DNA of 64,000 bases, taken from Opitutales bacterium. GTDB lineage: Bacteria; Verrucomicrobiota; Verrucomicrobiia; Opitutales; UBA2987. Numbering within the stretch: position 1 is the first letter of the stretch; every line of letters begins with the position of its first letter. Below the pieces are notes generated by a model. That model did no database searches and was not told the origin of the DNA. It saw nothing but the letters and a program-made list of their open reading frames with translations. Both the position numbers and the translations under genes were made by a program. Positions 1-9,183 of the stretch are shown here, one piece after another. The stretch covers positions 64,001 to 128,000 of the forward strand of contig CBDDEL010000014.1 of NCBI GenBank assembly GCA_965226885.1. Direction: 5' to 3'.

Positions 1-709
1 CAGCAAGACGCCCAGCAGTTGCAAAAGCAGGCCAAAGAATGGTTCGAACTAAGGGGTAAAAAACAACGGTTATTCCAGGACTTCGTCTATGCTGCCGATT
101 CGTGGCGATGGCTGCGGTTGGTCATCCATAAAGCCGCACACACCGCACAGGGGTCCAACCCGCGCTTCGTGGTGACGAACCTACCGGGCGATCCCCAGGA
201 GCTTTACGACAAGGTATACTGTGGCCGCGGTGAAATGGAGAACCGAATCAAGGAACAGATGCAATTGTTCAGCGAGCGCACCAGCGCCCATCAATGGTGG
301 GCCAATCAGTGGCGATTGCTCTTGTCGGCGCTGGCCTACACCTTGATGGAAGCCATGCGCCGGTTAGCCTTAAAAGGGACGAAGTGGGCGCGGGCCCAAT
401 GCCACACCCTGCGGCTCAAATTAATCAAGATCGGAGCGGTCATCGTGCGCAACACCCGAACGATTCACTTTCACCTAAGTGAGAGTTATCCTTGGGCCAG
501 TCTTTTCAACCATGCGGCCCGCCGATTGGTGCCAACCTAAAGGGTGCATTGGTGCTGCCCCCGGCACTACCGAACCAATGGGGGAAAGGGGGCAGTGTCT
601 CTACACCCTGAAAAACACCTAAAAATCAAGACGATCTGCTCAAAATACAAAGAAATCCATCTCCAATAGCAATAACGAGCCAAACTTTACCCTTCATGAA
701 ATATCCGGG
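1..709 (+). mobile_element. IS1380-family element, 3' part (cut by window start); transposase C-terminus ends at 540
   Basis: Near-identical to full copies at 14773, 42933 and 44504. Right IR ...TTCATGAAATATCCGGG ends at 709, followed by target CTAG. Confidence 0.93.
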
Positions 710-1181
710 CTAGTATCATGGCGCAATCCTTAAATATAATCGGTATATAAAATTTTTTACCTACGCTAGTTGAAATCTCAATATATCCCGGTTTTAATAC
801 ATTTGCACCTACTATCTTAGATCGATCAATAACCTCAATCTCGCTCCAAACTTTCACAGTTATCTGTTCTGGTGTAATGCGAACAAAATTTTTCCTGGTA
901 GTAATGTAACAAGCAACAGCAGTTCCCCCTAGGATCATGCTGATAGGCAAAGTAAAAAAAACCCAATCCAAGTGCGACATGTCTGATACCGTTATTGCTA
1001 CCGCAAACAGAAAAAGAAAGCCGCAGACGGCATGGAGCAAACGAGATGCCGGGAAGTAATATATGGCGGACGTAAACTTTACACCATAGGCACGAGATTT
1101 CCTTTCTGTACAAAACGAATAAACCATCGGCAACGAACCGATCAAAGCTACCGTGAGAATTGTTCCAATTACCCCCGTCAT
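710..1181 (-). pseudogene. AT-rich hypothetical membrane protein, 3' end cut by IS1380
   Basis: ORF with about 3 hydrophobic segments. Its last residues (RIFHEG) are read from the IS1380 IR. Confidence 0.55.
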
Positions 1182-1360
1182 TATATTTTAAAAACCGATC
1201 GCATGATTAGAGATGACTGAAAATTTAAAATCTTTTTTTTAATTCGTTACGACAATACGGGTAGAGAACTGCTCCAAGTATCGAAATGATAAAAGGATTA
1301 AAAGCCAAAAGGTTTTTTGACCAGGTGAAAGATTCGGGATCTGGCAAATATCTATGAAGG

Positions 1361-1864
1361 TTAGCAACCAGGGATCCGGTTTTTCGAAGGGGGCGATGGG
1401 GCCAGGTTGACATAGTGTTGGATGATGAATTCGGGTTCTTGGCGGATGACTTTTTTAAGTTGGAAGGGAGGCTCGAAATTGGGGAAGTAGGCGTCTCCTT
1501 TGACTTCCTTTTGGATGGTGGTTAGGTAGAGGTCGGAGCAACGGGGCAGCCCTTGTTGGTAGATTTGGGCCCCGCCGAAAAGCCAGATTTCTTTTTCGGT
1601 CTCGATGTTTTCCACTTCGTCGAGGCTGCGGAGAACCGTCAGGCCGGGGGTGGGCGCCATCGTTCGGCTAATGACGATGTTTTCCCTACCCGGCAGGGGG
1701 CGGCCGATGGATTCATAGGTTTTGCGGCCCATGACGATGACTTGCCCGATGGTGTTTTGGCGCACCCATTTAAAATCTTCGGGGATTTTCCAGGGGATCT
1801 TGTTATCGCAGCCAATGACCCGGTTTAGGGACATGGCAGCAATGGCTTTCCACGGTTTTTGCAT
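1361..1864 (-). CDS. folA: dihydrofolate reductase
   Basis: Motifs IG..NKIPW, VIVMGRKTYESIGRPLPGRENIVIS, GGAQIY, GDAYFP; directly downstream of thyA. Confidence 0.95.
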   Translation of the reverse strand: MQKPWKAIAAMSLNRVIGCDNKIPWKIPEDFKWVRQNTIGQVIVMGRKTYESIGRPLPGRENIVISRTMAPTPGLTVLRSLDEVENIETEKEIWLFGGAQIYQQGLPRCSDLYLTTIQKEVKGDAYFPNFEPPFQLKKVIRQEPEFIIQHYVNLAPSPPSKNRIPGC

Positions 1865-1882
1865 TGGTGTTGGATGCAGGAT

Positions 1883-2683
1883 TTACACCGCGATGGGAGC
1901 TCTTATGACGGGATGGGGGTCGTAGCCGGTGAGTTCAAAATCTTCGTAGGTGAAGTCGCGGATATTGCGGACTTGGGGATTGAGTTTCATTTGCGGAAGA
2001 GGCCGGAAATCGCGGGAGAGTTGCAGTTTTACCTGTTCCAGGTGGTTGGAGTAAATGTGCAGGTCCCCGAAGCTGTGGACAAATTCGCCGGGCCGCAAAT
2101 CGCAAACCTGGGCCACCATCAATGTCAAAAGGGCATAAGAGGCGATGTTGAAAGGCACTCCGAGAAAAAGATCGGCGCTGCGCTGGTAGAGTTGGCAACT
2201 GAGAGCGCCTTCTTCGACATCGACATAAAATTGAAACAAAGCATGGCAGGGGGTGAGGGCCATCTGCTCGATCTCACCTGGATTCCAGGCCGTGACGATA
2301 TGCCGGCGGCTGTAAGGGTTGTTTTTAATTTGCTCAATCACCCTGTCGATCTGGTTGACGGTGCTGCCGTCGGGCCGGCGCCAATGGCACCATTGCGCCC
2401 CATAAATGCGGCCCAGATCGCCCGTCTCATCGGCCCACTCATCCCAAATGGTGACTTTGTGGTCGTGCAGGTATTGCAGGTCGGTTTCGCCCCGCAAAAA
2501 CCAGAGCAGTTCGTGGGTGATGGATTTGAGGTGGACTTTTTTCGTCGTCAGCAGGGGAAAGCTGTTTTGCAGGTCGAAACGGGCCTGGGCGCCGAAAATG
2601 GAAATGGTGCCCACTCCGGTACGGTCTTTCCTGGTTTTTCCTTTGTCCAGAACCAGGTTGAGAAGGTCGTGGTATTCTTTCAT
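1883..2683 (-). CDS. thyA: thymidylate synthase
   Basis: DRTGVGT, catalytic [23 protein letters not shown]. Start placed at ATG 2683 (MKEYHDLL). Confidence 0.96.
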   Translation of the reverse strand: MKEYHDLLNLVLDKGKTRKDRTGVGTISIFGAQARFDLQNSFPLLTTKKVHLKSITHELLWFLRGETDLQYLHDHKVTIWDEWADETGDLGRIYGAQWCHWRRPDGSTVNQIDRVIEQIKNNPYSRRHIVTAWNPGEIEQMALTPCHALFQFYVDVEEGALSCQLYQRSADLFLGVPFNIASYALLTLMVAQVCDLRPGEFVHSFGDLHIYSNHLEQVKLQLSRDFRPLPQMKLNPQVRNIRDFTYEDFELTGYDPHPVIRAPIAV

Positions 2684-2898
2684 TTGGTGGTGGAGGTATC
2701 GCTGGGGGCCATTTTTTGCCAATAGTGTCAGTCGAGCTTAAAAAGAAGAATTAATCTGCCACGAAGTCAATGGTTGGATGGGAAGATTCACCCATAAATC
2801 GACGAGAAACTATTACTACCTGTTCTGCCAGAGAGCAATTCGATTTCGTCGTCCATGCCGGTTAAGATTTTGGCTTGATTCGCTTTCCCTTTAAAGCT

Positions 2899-3348
2899 AT
2901 GAAATACTCCATGCTCTCGGACCCGAAGAAGGCTGCCGTTGTTCTTTTGGCAATGGGGTGGTTGCTGGCAGCCACAGGGCAGGTTGTCGATGGGGCTGGT
3001 TTCTCCGCTAAAAACGGGGGCCAGAAATGGAATGGAACTACAAAAACCCTGTCCGTTGCCGCGGTTAAATTTTCGGCCAAAATGGCCCACAAGGCTTCTA
3101 AAAAAACCTGGCGGGGCACGCATTGGGCCAGCGGGAAAATAACGGCCTCATTTATGAAAAGACCGCTGAAAAAGGTCTTATGGAAGGGTGGAAAGGCCAA
3201 AAAACTGCGCCGGGCCACAAAAATGTATGCCTTGGGAGAAGCCGGTCTGGCCGGTAAATACATTTCCGCCACGGTGGCCGGGGGCAGGCATGGCGGAACC
3301 CTTAATTCTCTTTCGGGCAAAAAACGAATCGGGAGGATATCTCCTTAA
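2899..3348 (+). CDS. hypothetical, very basic protein with N-terminal hydrophobic/signal-like segment
   Basis: 149-aa ORF that fills the gap and ends 12 bp before the next gene; no recognised domain. Confidence 0.4.
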   Translation: MKYSMLSDPKKAAVVLLAMGWLLAATGQVVDGAGFSAKNGGQKWNGTTKTLSVAAVKFSAKMAHKASKKTWRGTHWASGKITASFMKRPLKKVLWKGGKAKKLRRATKMYALGEAGLAGKYISATVAGGRHGGTLNSLSGKKRIGRISP

Positions 3349-3360
3349 GCGGCGGGCGGC

Positions 3361-4128
3361 ATGGCTTCGATTACAACGCTATCTTTTAATATGCAGTGGG
3401 GTAAGGTCTGGGATGATGAGGACCCGGACGGCGCCCCCATTCGCCTTGATAAGACTATCGAGGAAATTCGCCAACACGACGCCGATATCATCATGCTGCA
3501 AGAGGTCGAGGCCGTAACGCCGGGAATGGGCCAGTTGCAGCCACCGACCAACTATACGCGGCTGCGGGATGAACTGAAAGGATACCACAGCTATTTCAGT
3601 TACCCGGTCTCGGATACGAGGGAGCTGCCATTTGGTTACGGTCTGGCCATTTTCTCCAGAACCCCGCTTACGGACACCCGCAAGGTGGACCTGCCTGCCC
3701 CCGCCATCAGCTTCCACTACGAGGGCGTCGAGACCAACCCGACGGACCGGCTTTTAATTGCGGCAAAAACCAATATTAACGGCAACGACCTGCAAATATT
3801 CAACACACACTTGCAGGCCTTTTTTATCATCAATTATAGTAGCGACGACTACACGGGACAGCGTGACCGCCTGGTTGCGGAATTGAAATCTTCCAAAATA
3901 CCGACCATCTTGGCGGGCGATTTTAATTCCGCGCCCGGTGAGGGCACGGTGGCTCAAATTGAATCAGCCGCCTACAAGACGGCCCAGAATGAAACGTTCA
4001 CCTGGCGACGGATGCCCTACACCCTCGACCATATTTTTTACAACCACGGGCTGAAGTTGAAATCGGTCGAAGTCTGTCCGACCATGGCCTCCGACCACCA
4101 TGCGCTCAAAGCCGTGTTGGAGCTTTGA
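3361..4128 (+). CDS. endonuclease/exonuclease/phosphatase family protein
   Basis: Motifs SFN, DIIMLQE, NTHL, GDFN, LDHIF, SDH. Confidence 0.9.
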   Translation: MASITTLSFNMQWGKVWDDEDPDGAPIRLDKTIEEIRQHDADIIMLQEVEAVTPGMGQLQPPTNYTRLRDELKGYHSYFSYPVSDTRELPFGYGLAIFSRTPLTDTRKVDLPAPAISFHYEGVETNPTDRLLIAAKTNINGNDLQIFNTHLQAFFIINYSSDDYTGQRDRLVAELKSSKIPTILAGDFNSAPGEGTVAQIESAAYKTAQNETFTWRRMPYTLDHIFYNHGLKLKSVEVCPTMASDHHALKAVLEL

Positions 4129-4186
4129 AAATTTCTGGATGCGGGATGTGAAAAATCCTGACACCTGAAACCCTATTTTACATCTT

Positions 4187-4468
4187 TCATCCTTTGCGCA
4201 CTTTCTCCTTTTTTTCTTCCATTTCCACCTCCAGGCGCTCTTTTTCCAGGGCCATTTGTTTGCGGATCTGTTCGGATTCCACTAAATTTCCACTGGCCTC
4301 GGCATCGCGAAGCTGCTTTTGCAGGAAAATATCGCGTTCCGCCATTTTTGCTTTATAACGGGTGGAAATCTCCTCCAGTTGTTGGCGTTGTTCACCGGTC
4401 AGCGGTTTGGAGACTTCCGAATCTTCCGATTCCAGTCGTTCCATGGCGAGTTCGTATGCGCTTTTCAT
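4187..4468 (-). CDS. small conserved coiled-coil hypothetical protein (MKSAYELAMERL...)
   Basis: Charged helical 93-aa ORF from ATG 4468. Confidence 0.7.
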   Translation of the reverse strand: MKSAYELAMERLESEDSEVSKPLTGEQRQQLEEISTRYKAKMAERDIFLQKQLRDAEASGNLVESEQIRKQMALEKERLEVEMEEKKEKVRKG

Positions 4469-4745
4469 ATTTTGGTTTGTCTTTAAAGGGTGGTTCAATC
4501 GATGACGGTAGTGGATGAAATCAAAATTATTCCCAATATGACGGGTGGAAGACAAAAAGCCAAGCCGGATGGCCGCCATTTTTTGCCATGCCCGGCCAGC
4601 ATCAATAAGAGAAGGATTAAAACCGCTATTTGCCCGGTGTTTTGCCGGAAGAATATAATAACCATTTAATTCTGTAATTAATTAATTACTAGATAGTTAA
4701 TCTATCACTTCCGTGCCGTGCAAGTGATTTTAGTAGGTTGCTAAA

Positions 4746-5597
4746 TTAATCGGCCTTTACTAGCAACCGATCAAACTGCAATACCTTCTTTCCTGTGCGT
4801 TCAGGAACGATTTTCCAGAAGGATTCAGCGTCATCTAAGTGGACCATGTTAAGATAGTGCTTTTTGATTATCCTCTCAGAATTACCTGCTTGAAGGGCGG
4901 TATCTCCGACGCTGCGGAACTTGCCCACATGATTTGATATATAGGTATGCCGAAGCCCGTCATGCGGCAGATTGAATCCCCTGCGGATATTGGGGTAGTC
5001 CAGCGTGGGTGTTTTTGGGATAAGGCGGGTTGTTTCAGGTGGATACCTGACGAGCCATTCCCGGAGGTTCGGCTGTATCTTGATCTGCCGAAGGTCCTTC
5101 ACCTTGGAAACCTCCGGCGGGATGCGAATTACCTCGTTTTTCATGGCCACAAACGAAGCCAGGCCCAATTTTCCCAGCTTCGCCATCTCCCCATGTAAAA
5201 AATCCGGGCGTATCCCCGCAAACAAAGCCAGGGCAAAAAACAAAGACCATTCGCCCCTTGGACTGTTTCCATTACGGCGGTAGTTTTCCACATGGGCCAT
5301 AAAATCCTGGGCGGTTTGTACTGTGAGAATTTCCGGTATCCCCATAGAAATCGTAAAGCGATCAATTTCGGTGACCGGGTTTTCCAAGAGCCATGAGCGC
5401 GGCCTGGCCATGCACCATGCAAAAAAACTGCTCAAGTCTCCCCTGTATAGGTTCCAGGTTTTCTTTGAACCGTGGATGCCCTCAAGCCATCCTTTAACAT
5501 CATCAGTGGTGATTTCGTGGAGTAGCTTCCCTTGGACATGTTCTGCAAAGCGGGTGACAGTATATTTTAGATTAATGTGCTGCCTTGGCCCGATATG
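4746..5597 (-). pseudogene. tyrosine recombinase/integrase, N-terminus lost at IS21 junction
   Basis: Box I LFAGIR, box II HDGLRH and C-terminal catalytic Tyr (KKHY). The frame does not resume beyond the IS21. Confidence 0.85.
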
Positions 5598-5671
5598 TGT
5601 AAACGCCGGGGAAAAACCGGTACGGTAAAGAGGGCGCTTTAAAACCGGTACGCTTATCCTAGAAAGGAGGA

Positions 5672-7177
5672 GTGTATCGAGATATGAAGCAATGGACAAG
5701 AGTGCGGCACAAAGTGCTGCGGGACAAGCAGAGCAAGCGCTCTGTAATGCGAGAAGAGGGACTGCACTGGGAGACCCTGGGAAAGATGCTGGCCTATTCC
5801 CAGCCGCCGGGATACCGGCGCAAGAAGAGGCGAGAGCGCAAGATCGATCCGTATGTGGGCTGGATCGAGGAGGTGCTCAAAGCGGACCGGAACGTGCCCA
5901 AGAAGCAGCGCCATACGGCCAAACGGATCTACCAGCGTTTGGGTCGGAAGAAGGGCTACCAAGGGGGCTACACGGCGGTCAAGGAGGTGGTGGCCGAGCT
6001 GCGAGCGAGGCGGTGGGAAGTGTTCGTGCCGCTGGAGCACCGCCCCGGGGAGGGACAGGTGGACTTCGGTCATGCCCTGGTGAAGGAGGCGGGGCAATTG
6101 CGTAGGCGGCCATTTTTTGCCATGAGCCTGCCCTACAGCGATGCCTTTTTCGTGCAGGTGTTCGAACGGGAGTGCACGGAGAGCTTCTGGGAGGGGCACC
6201 TGCGAGCTTTTGAGTTTTTCGGGGCGGTGCCCCGGCGCATCAGCTATGACAACTCGAAGGTGGCGGTGGGTAAGATTATCGGTTCGCGTGAACGCAAGCT
6301 GACCGACGGGTTTCTGCAGCTACAGAGCCATTACCTGTTCGAGGAACACTTCTGTCTGCCCGCCCGGCCCAACGAGAAGGGCGTGGTCGAGGGGATCGTG
6401 CGTTATGCCCGGGCCAACTTCCTGGTACCGGTACCGCAGGTTCGGGACCTGGAGGAACTCAACGCAAAGCTGTTGGAGGCATGTGAGCGGGACATGGAGC
6501 GTAAATTACGCGGGAAAAGGGCGGTGAAAAAGGAACTGCTGGCCGAGGAGCGCGCCGTCATGCTGGCGTTGCCGCCCATACCCTTTGAAGCGAGCCGCAA
6601 ACGCTCGACCTGCGTCAGCAGCCTCTCGCTGGTGCGCTTCGAGTGCAACGACTATTCGGTGCCGGTGCGCTGCGCCCACCATCCGGTGGTGGTGGAAGGG
6701 TCCTGTCGGCAGGTGGTGATCTTCTGTGGGGGCCAAGAGGTGGCCCGGCACCGCCGCATTTGGGATAAAGAGCAAGTCTCTTTCGAGCCGGTGCACTACC
6801 TGGCTTTGCTGGAGAAAAAACCGGGCGCTTTGGACTTCGCCCGCCCACTCTCGGGCTGGCAGTTGCCGCAGTGCCTGCAGGTCCTCAGACGCCGGCTCGA
6901 AAGCCAATGCGGGGGCGAAGGCACCCGGGAGTATATCCGGGTGCTGCGGCTGTTGGAGAAACACCCCATGGCGGCCTTGCAGCAGGCCGTCGTCTCGGCC
7001 CTGCGGGTGGGGGGACTGACTCGTGAGGCCATCGCCCAGTATCTCTATCCTCAGGAAGACTACGGGAGCAGAACCTTCCGGCTGGACGGCCATCCACACC
7101 TGCGTCACGTCCGTGTGGCCGCCCCTGACCTCGGTGCCTACAGCGAACTGCTCAAGATTCCAGGAGGGGCTTTATGA
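5672..7177 (+). CDS. istA: IS21 transposase IstA
   Basis: QVDFG, YDN and EKGVVE DDE motifs. Confidence 0.93.
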   Translation: MYRDMKQWTRVRHKVLRDKQSKRSVMREEGLHWETLGKMLAYSQPPGYRRKKRRERKIDPYVGWIEEVLKADRNVPKKQRHTAKRIYQRLGRKKGYQGGYTAVKEVVAELRARRWEVFVPLEHRPGEGQVDFGHALVKEAGQLRRRPFFAMSLPYSDAFFVQVFERECTESFWEGHLRAFEFFGAVPRRISYDNSKVAVGKIIGSRERKLTDGFLQLQSHYLFEEHFCLPARPNEKGVVEGIVRYARANFLVPVPQVRDLEELNAKLLEACERDMERKLRGKRAVKKELLAEERAVMLALPPIPFEASRKRSTCVSSLSLVRFECNDYSVPVRCAHHPVVVEGSCRQVVIFCGGQEVARHRRIWDKEQVSFEPVHYLALLEKKPGALDFARPLSGWQLPQCLQVLRRRLESQCGGEGTREYIRVLRLLEKHPMAALQQAVVSALRVGGLTREAIAQYLYPQEDYGSRTFRLDGHPHLRHVRVAAPDLGAYSELLKIPGGAL

Positions 7178-7941
7178 AGGAAGAAAAAAACCAGCTGCTG
7201 TTACACCATCACCTCAAGAAACTGAAGTTGCCCACCATCCTGCGCGAATGGCCGGCGGTGGCCGCGGCTTGTTCCCGGGACCGGCTCGATTACGCCGCCT
7301 TTGTGTTGCATCTGGTCGAACGGGAGCTCATTGAACGCGAACAGCGGGCCGCCCAGCGGCGGATCAAAAACGCCCGTTTCCCCGTGCTCAAGACCCTCGA
7401 GAGCTTCGCCTTTGAAGCGCAGCCCTCGATCAACGAAGCGCTCATCCGAGAGCTCATGCGCGGGGAGTATGTCGACCAGCGCGAAAACGTGCTGCTCCTC
7501 GGTAACGCCGGTACCGGTAAAACGCACCTGGCCACCGCCCTGGGCTTTGCCGCCTGTGCCCAGGGCCGGCGGATCCGTTTCTTCGGGGTCACCGCCCTGG
7601 TTACCCATATGCTCGAGCAACGCGACAACCACGACCTGCAGCGCTTCATGAAGCAACTCGAAAGGCTCGACCTACTCATCCTCGACGAACTCGGTTACGT
7701 CCCTTTTTCCAAGACCGGTTCCGAACTGCTCTTCGACGTGGTCAGCCGCGCTTACGAGCGCACCAGTCTCATCGTCACCACCAACCTGCCCTTTGAGAAC
7801 TGGATCGAAGTGCTCGGTTCCGAACGGCTCACCGGAGCTCTGCTGGACCGACTCACCCATCGGGTGCATATCCTCGAAGCCAACGGGCAAAGCTACCGCT
7901 TGCGCGATGCTCGACGCCGTCGCCGTGGCACAAAACAATAA
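7174..7941 (+). CDS. istB: IS21 helper AAA+ ATPase IstB
   Basis: Walker A GNAGTGKT, Walker B LLILDELGY, LLDRLTH; ATGA overlap with istA. Confidence 0.95.
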   Translation: MKEEKNQLLLHHHLKKLKLPTILREWPAVAAACSRDRLDYAAFVLHLVERELIEREQRAAQRRIKNARFPVLKTLESFAFEAQPSINEALIRELMRGEYVDQRENVLLLGNAGTGKTHLATALGFAACAQGRRIRFFGVTALVTHMLEQRDNHDLQRFMKQLERLDLLILDELGYVPFSKTGSELLFDVVSRAYERTSLIVTTNLPFENWIEVLGSERLTGALLDRLTHRVHILEANGQSYRLRDARRRRRGTKQ

Positions 7942-8493
7942 ACGCCTTGGGCCCGGCTCGTCGGCCTCCGGCCTCCTCACCGACCCCAAGCCAATCCCCA
8001 AAACCAACTCCCAAACCCTAAACCTTGACGTACCTGCAATTACTAACCTAAACCTTATTCCAAGCGTACCGGTTTTACCCCGACCCCCGTACCGGTTTCA
8101 TCCCGGCGTTTACAGCCGGGATATGAGGTAATTATCATTCGGGTAGGGAAAGGCCATTATTTGGGCGACCAAAAGGATACCCTAATGGAGCGGTACCCTA
8201 CCAACAATGAATGGGGCAAGTATGGCTGGACCCATTCCAATGATGAAAGTGCCAAAATTGCGGCCAACAATGCTTATCGGGAAGAATTGCTCAAACAGGA
8301 GGGCAAGTGTGCTGCGTAAAGGTATCAGGAAGGGATTGCTGTACGTCTCAAAACGGGGGGTTGGGGGCAAATAGGTATCAGAGTGCCACTTTATCAGAAG
8401 TTCGATGATTTAAGCATGAATTTCACATTCATACCTGTGGACATGGATTCAGAATTAGAACCAGTACGTTTTCTTCAAATTGCATACAATATT

Positions 8494-8559
8494 GGGGGCG
8501 AAGGATTTCGACGGCGCAGCAGTGACCGGATGGCGGTTCGATTCCGCCCGCCTCCAGCA
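8494..8559 (+). ncRNA. minimal tmRNA-like RNA (tRNA-like domain only, no mRNA-like domain)
   Basis: Acceptor stem GGGGGCG/CGCCTCC with G3-U, discriminator A, tmRNA-type loop AAGGATTTCGA, short capped helix, GAT linker, T-arm GGCGG-TTCGATT-CCGCC. The 3' end reads GCA instead of CCA. Confidence 0.72.
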
Positions 8560-8575
8560 AATCAAAGGAAAAAAC

Positions 8576-8800
8576 ATGAGCAAATGGAGAAAAGTCAAGG
8601 AACGCCTGGAAGACCTTCTCGACGCACCTGATGCCACGATAACGAAGACTGAAGCTGCCAAAAGGCTGGGAATGTCACATCGCGCCCTCCATTTTTATCT
8701 GTGGAACGGGAAATCTGTGCCATCCTATAACCTTGGATGCCAATTTCAGAGGCTACAAAGGCATTTAGAAAAGAAATCCCAATATTCGCCTATAAAATAG
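8576..8800 (+). CDS. small helix-turn-helix protein (Cro/XRE/excisionase-like)
   Basis: RBS AAAGGA before ATG 8576; HTH-like segment TKTEAAKRLGMSHRALHFYL. Confidence 0.7.
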   Translation: MSKWRKVKERLEDLLDAPDATITKTEAAKRLGMSHRALHFYLWNGKSVPSYNLGCQFQRLQRHLEKKSQYSPIK

Positions 8801-8945
8801 GGATAACCCATTATCACAATATCCCTTTTGATGTGCCGGGGAGAGAGGGACATAATCTATTCTAAACCACATGTTAAATCTAATTTATTATGTAAAATTT
8901 TACAAATAACAATTCAAACAATTTAAGGGAGATAAAACTATATGA

Positions 8946-9101
8946 AACGGAATCAACCAGCTCAGCCAGCTCCTGTTCCATGGCCCGAGTGTAGTTGAGT
9001 ATCCATTTGGTTTTCTCCTCCTCACTCAGGTCATCTGTGTAAACACCGATGCGCTCGTTGAGGGCTTTTTGCATCCCGAAAATCTCGTCAAACTTGTCCA
9101 T
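8946..9101 (-). pseudogene. dimeric (all-alpha) dUTPase, 5' fragment
   Basis: MDKFDEIFGMQKALNERIG...AMEQELAELVDSV matches the family N-terminus. It breaks into AT-rich DNA where PWKWW is expected. Confidence 0.75.
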
Positions 9102-9183
9102 AAGCCCAGATTGCGGGAGGCTCCAGGGCAGGGCAATTCCAAGTTTTTCATAAAAGGCCCTCCTACTTATTCCCAAAACTACG

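Larger units (their letters stand above)
5598..8114 (+). mobile_element. IS21-family element, full length
   Basis: Ends TGTAAACGCCGGG...CCCGGCGTTTACA, subterminal ACCGGTACG-type repeats, istA/istB. No clean target duplication. Confidence 0.95.

Noticed and set aside
1859..2725. Long antisense ORFs over thyA, sdhA, dnaE and transposases
   Set aside because: Shadow frames expected opposite GC-rich coding sequence; no motifs.
5588..8125. Long target duplication around IS21 (GCCCGATATG / GCCGGGATATG)
   Set aside because: Imperfect, longer than usual for IS21, and removing the IS does not restore the integrase frame.
8494..8559. Canonical tRNA-Ala
   Set aside because: No D-stem and no 7-nt anticodon loop; the architecture matches the tmRNA tRNA-like domain instead.
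8871..8898. dif/Xer-like site (TTATGTAAAAT arm)
   Set aside because: No convincing XerC arm at 6-bp spacing, and the surrounding DNA is very AT-rich, so a chance match is likely.
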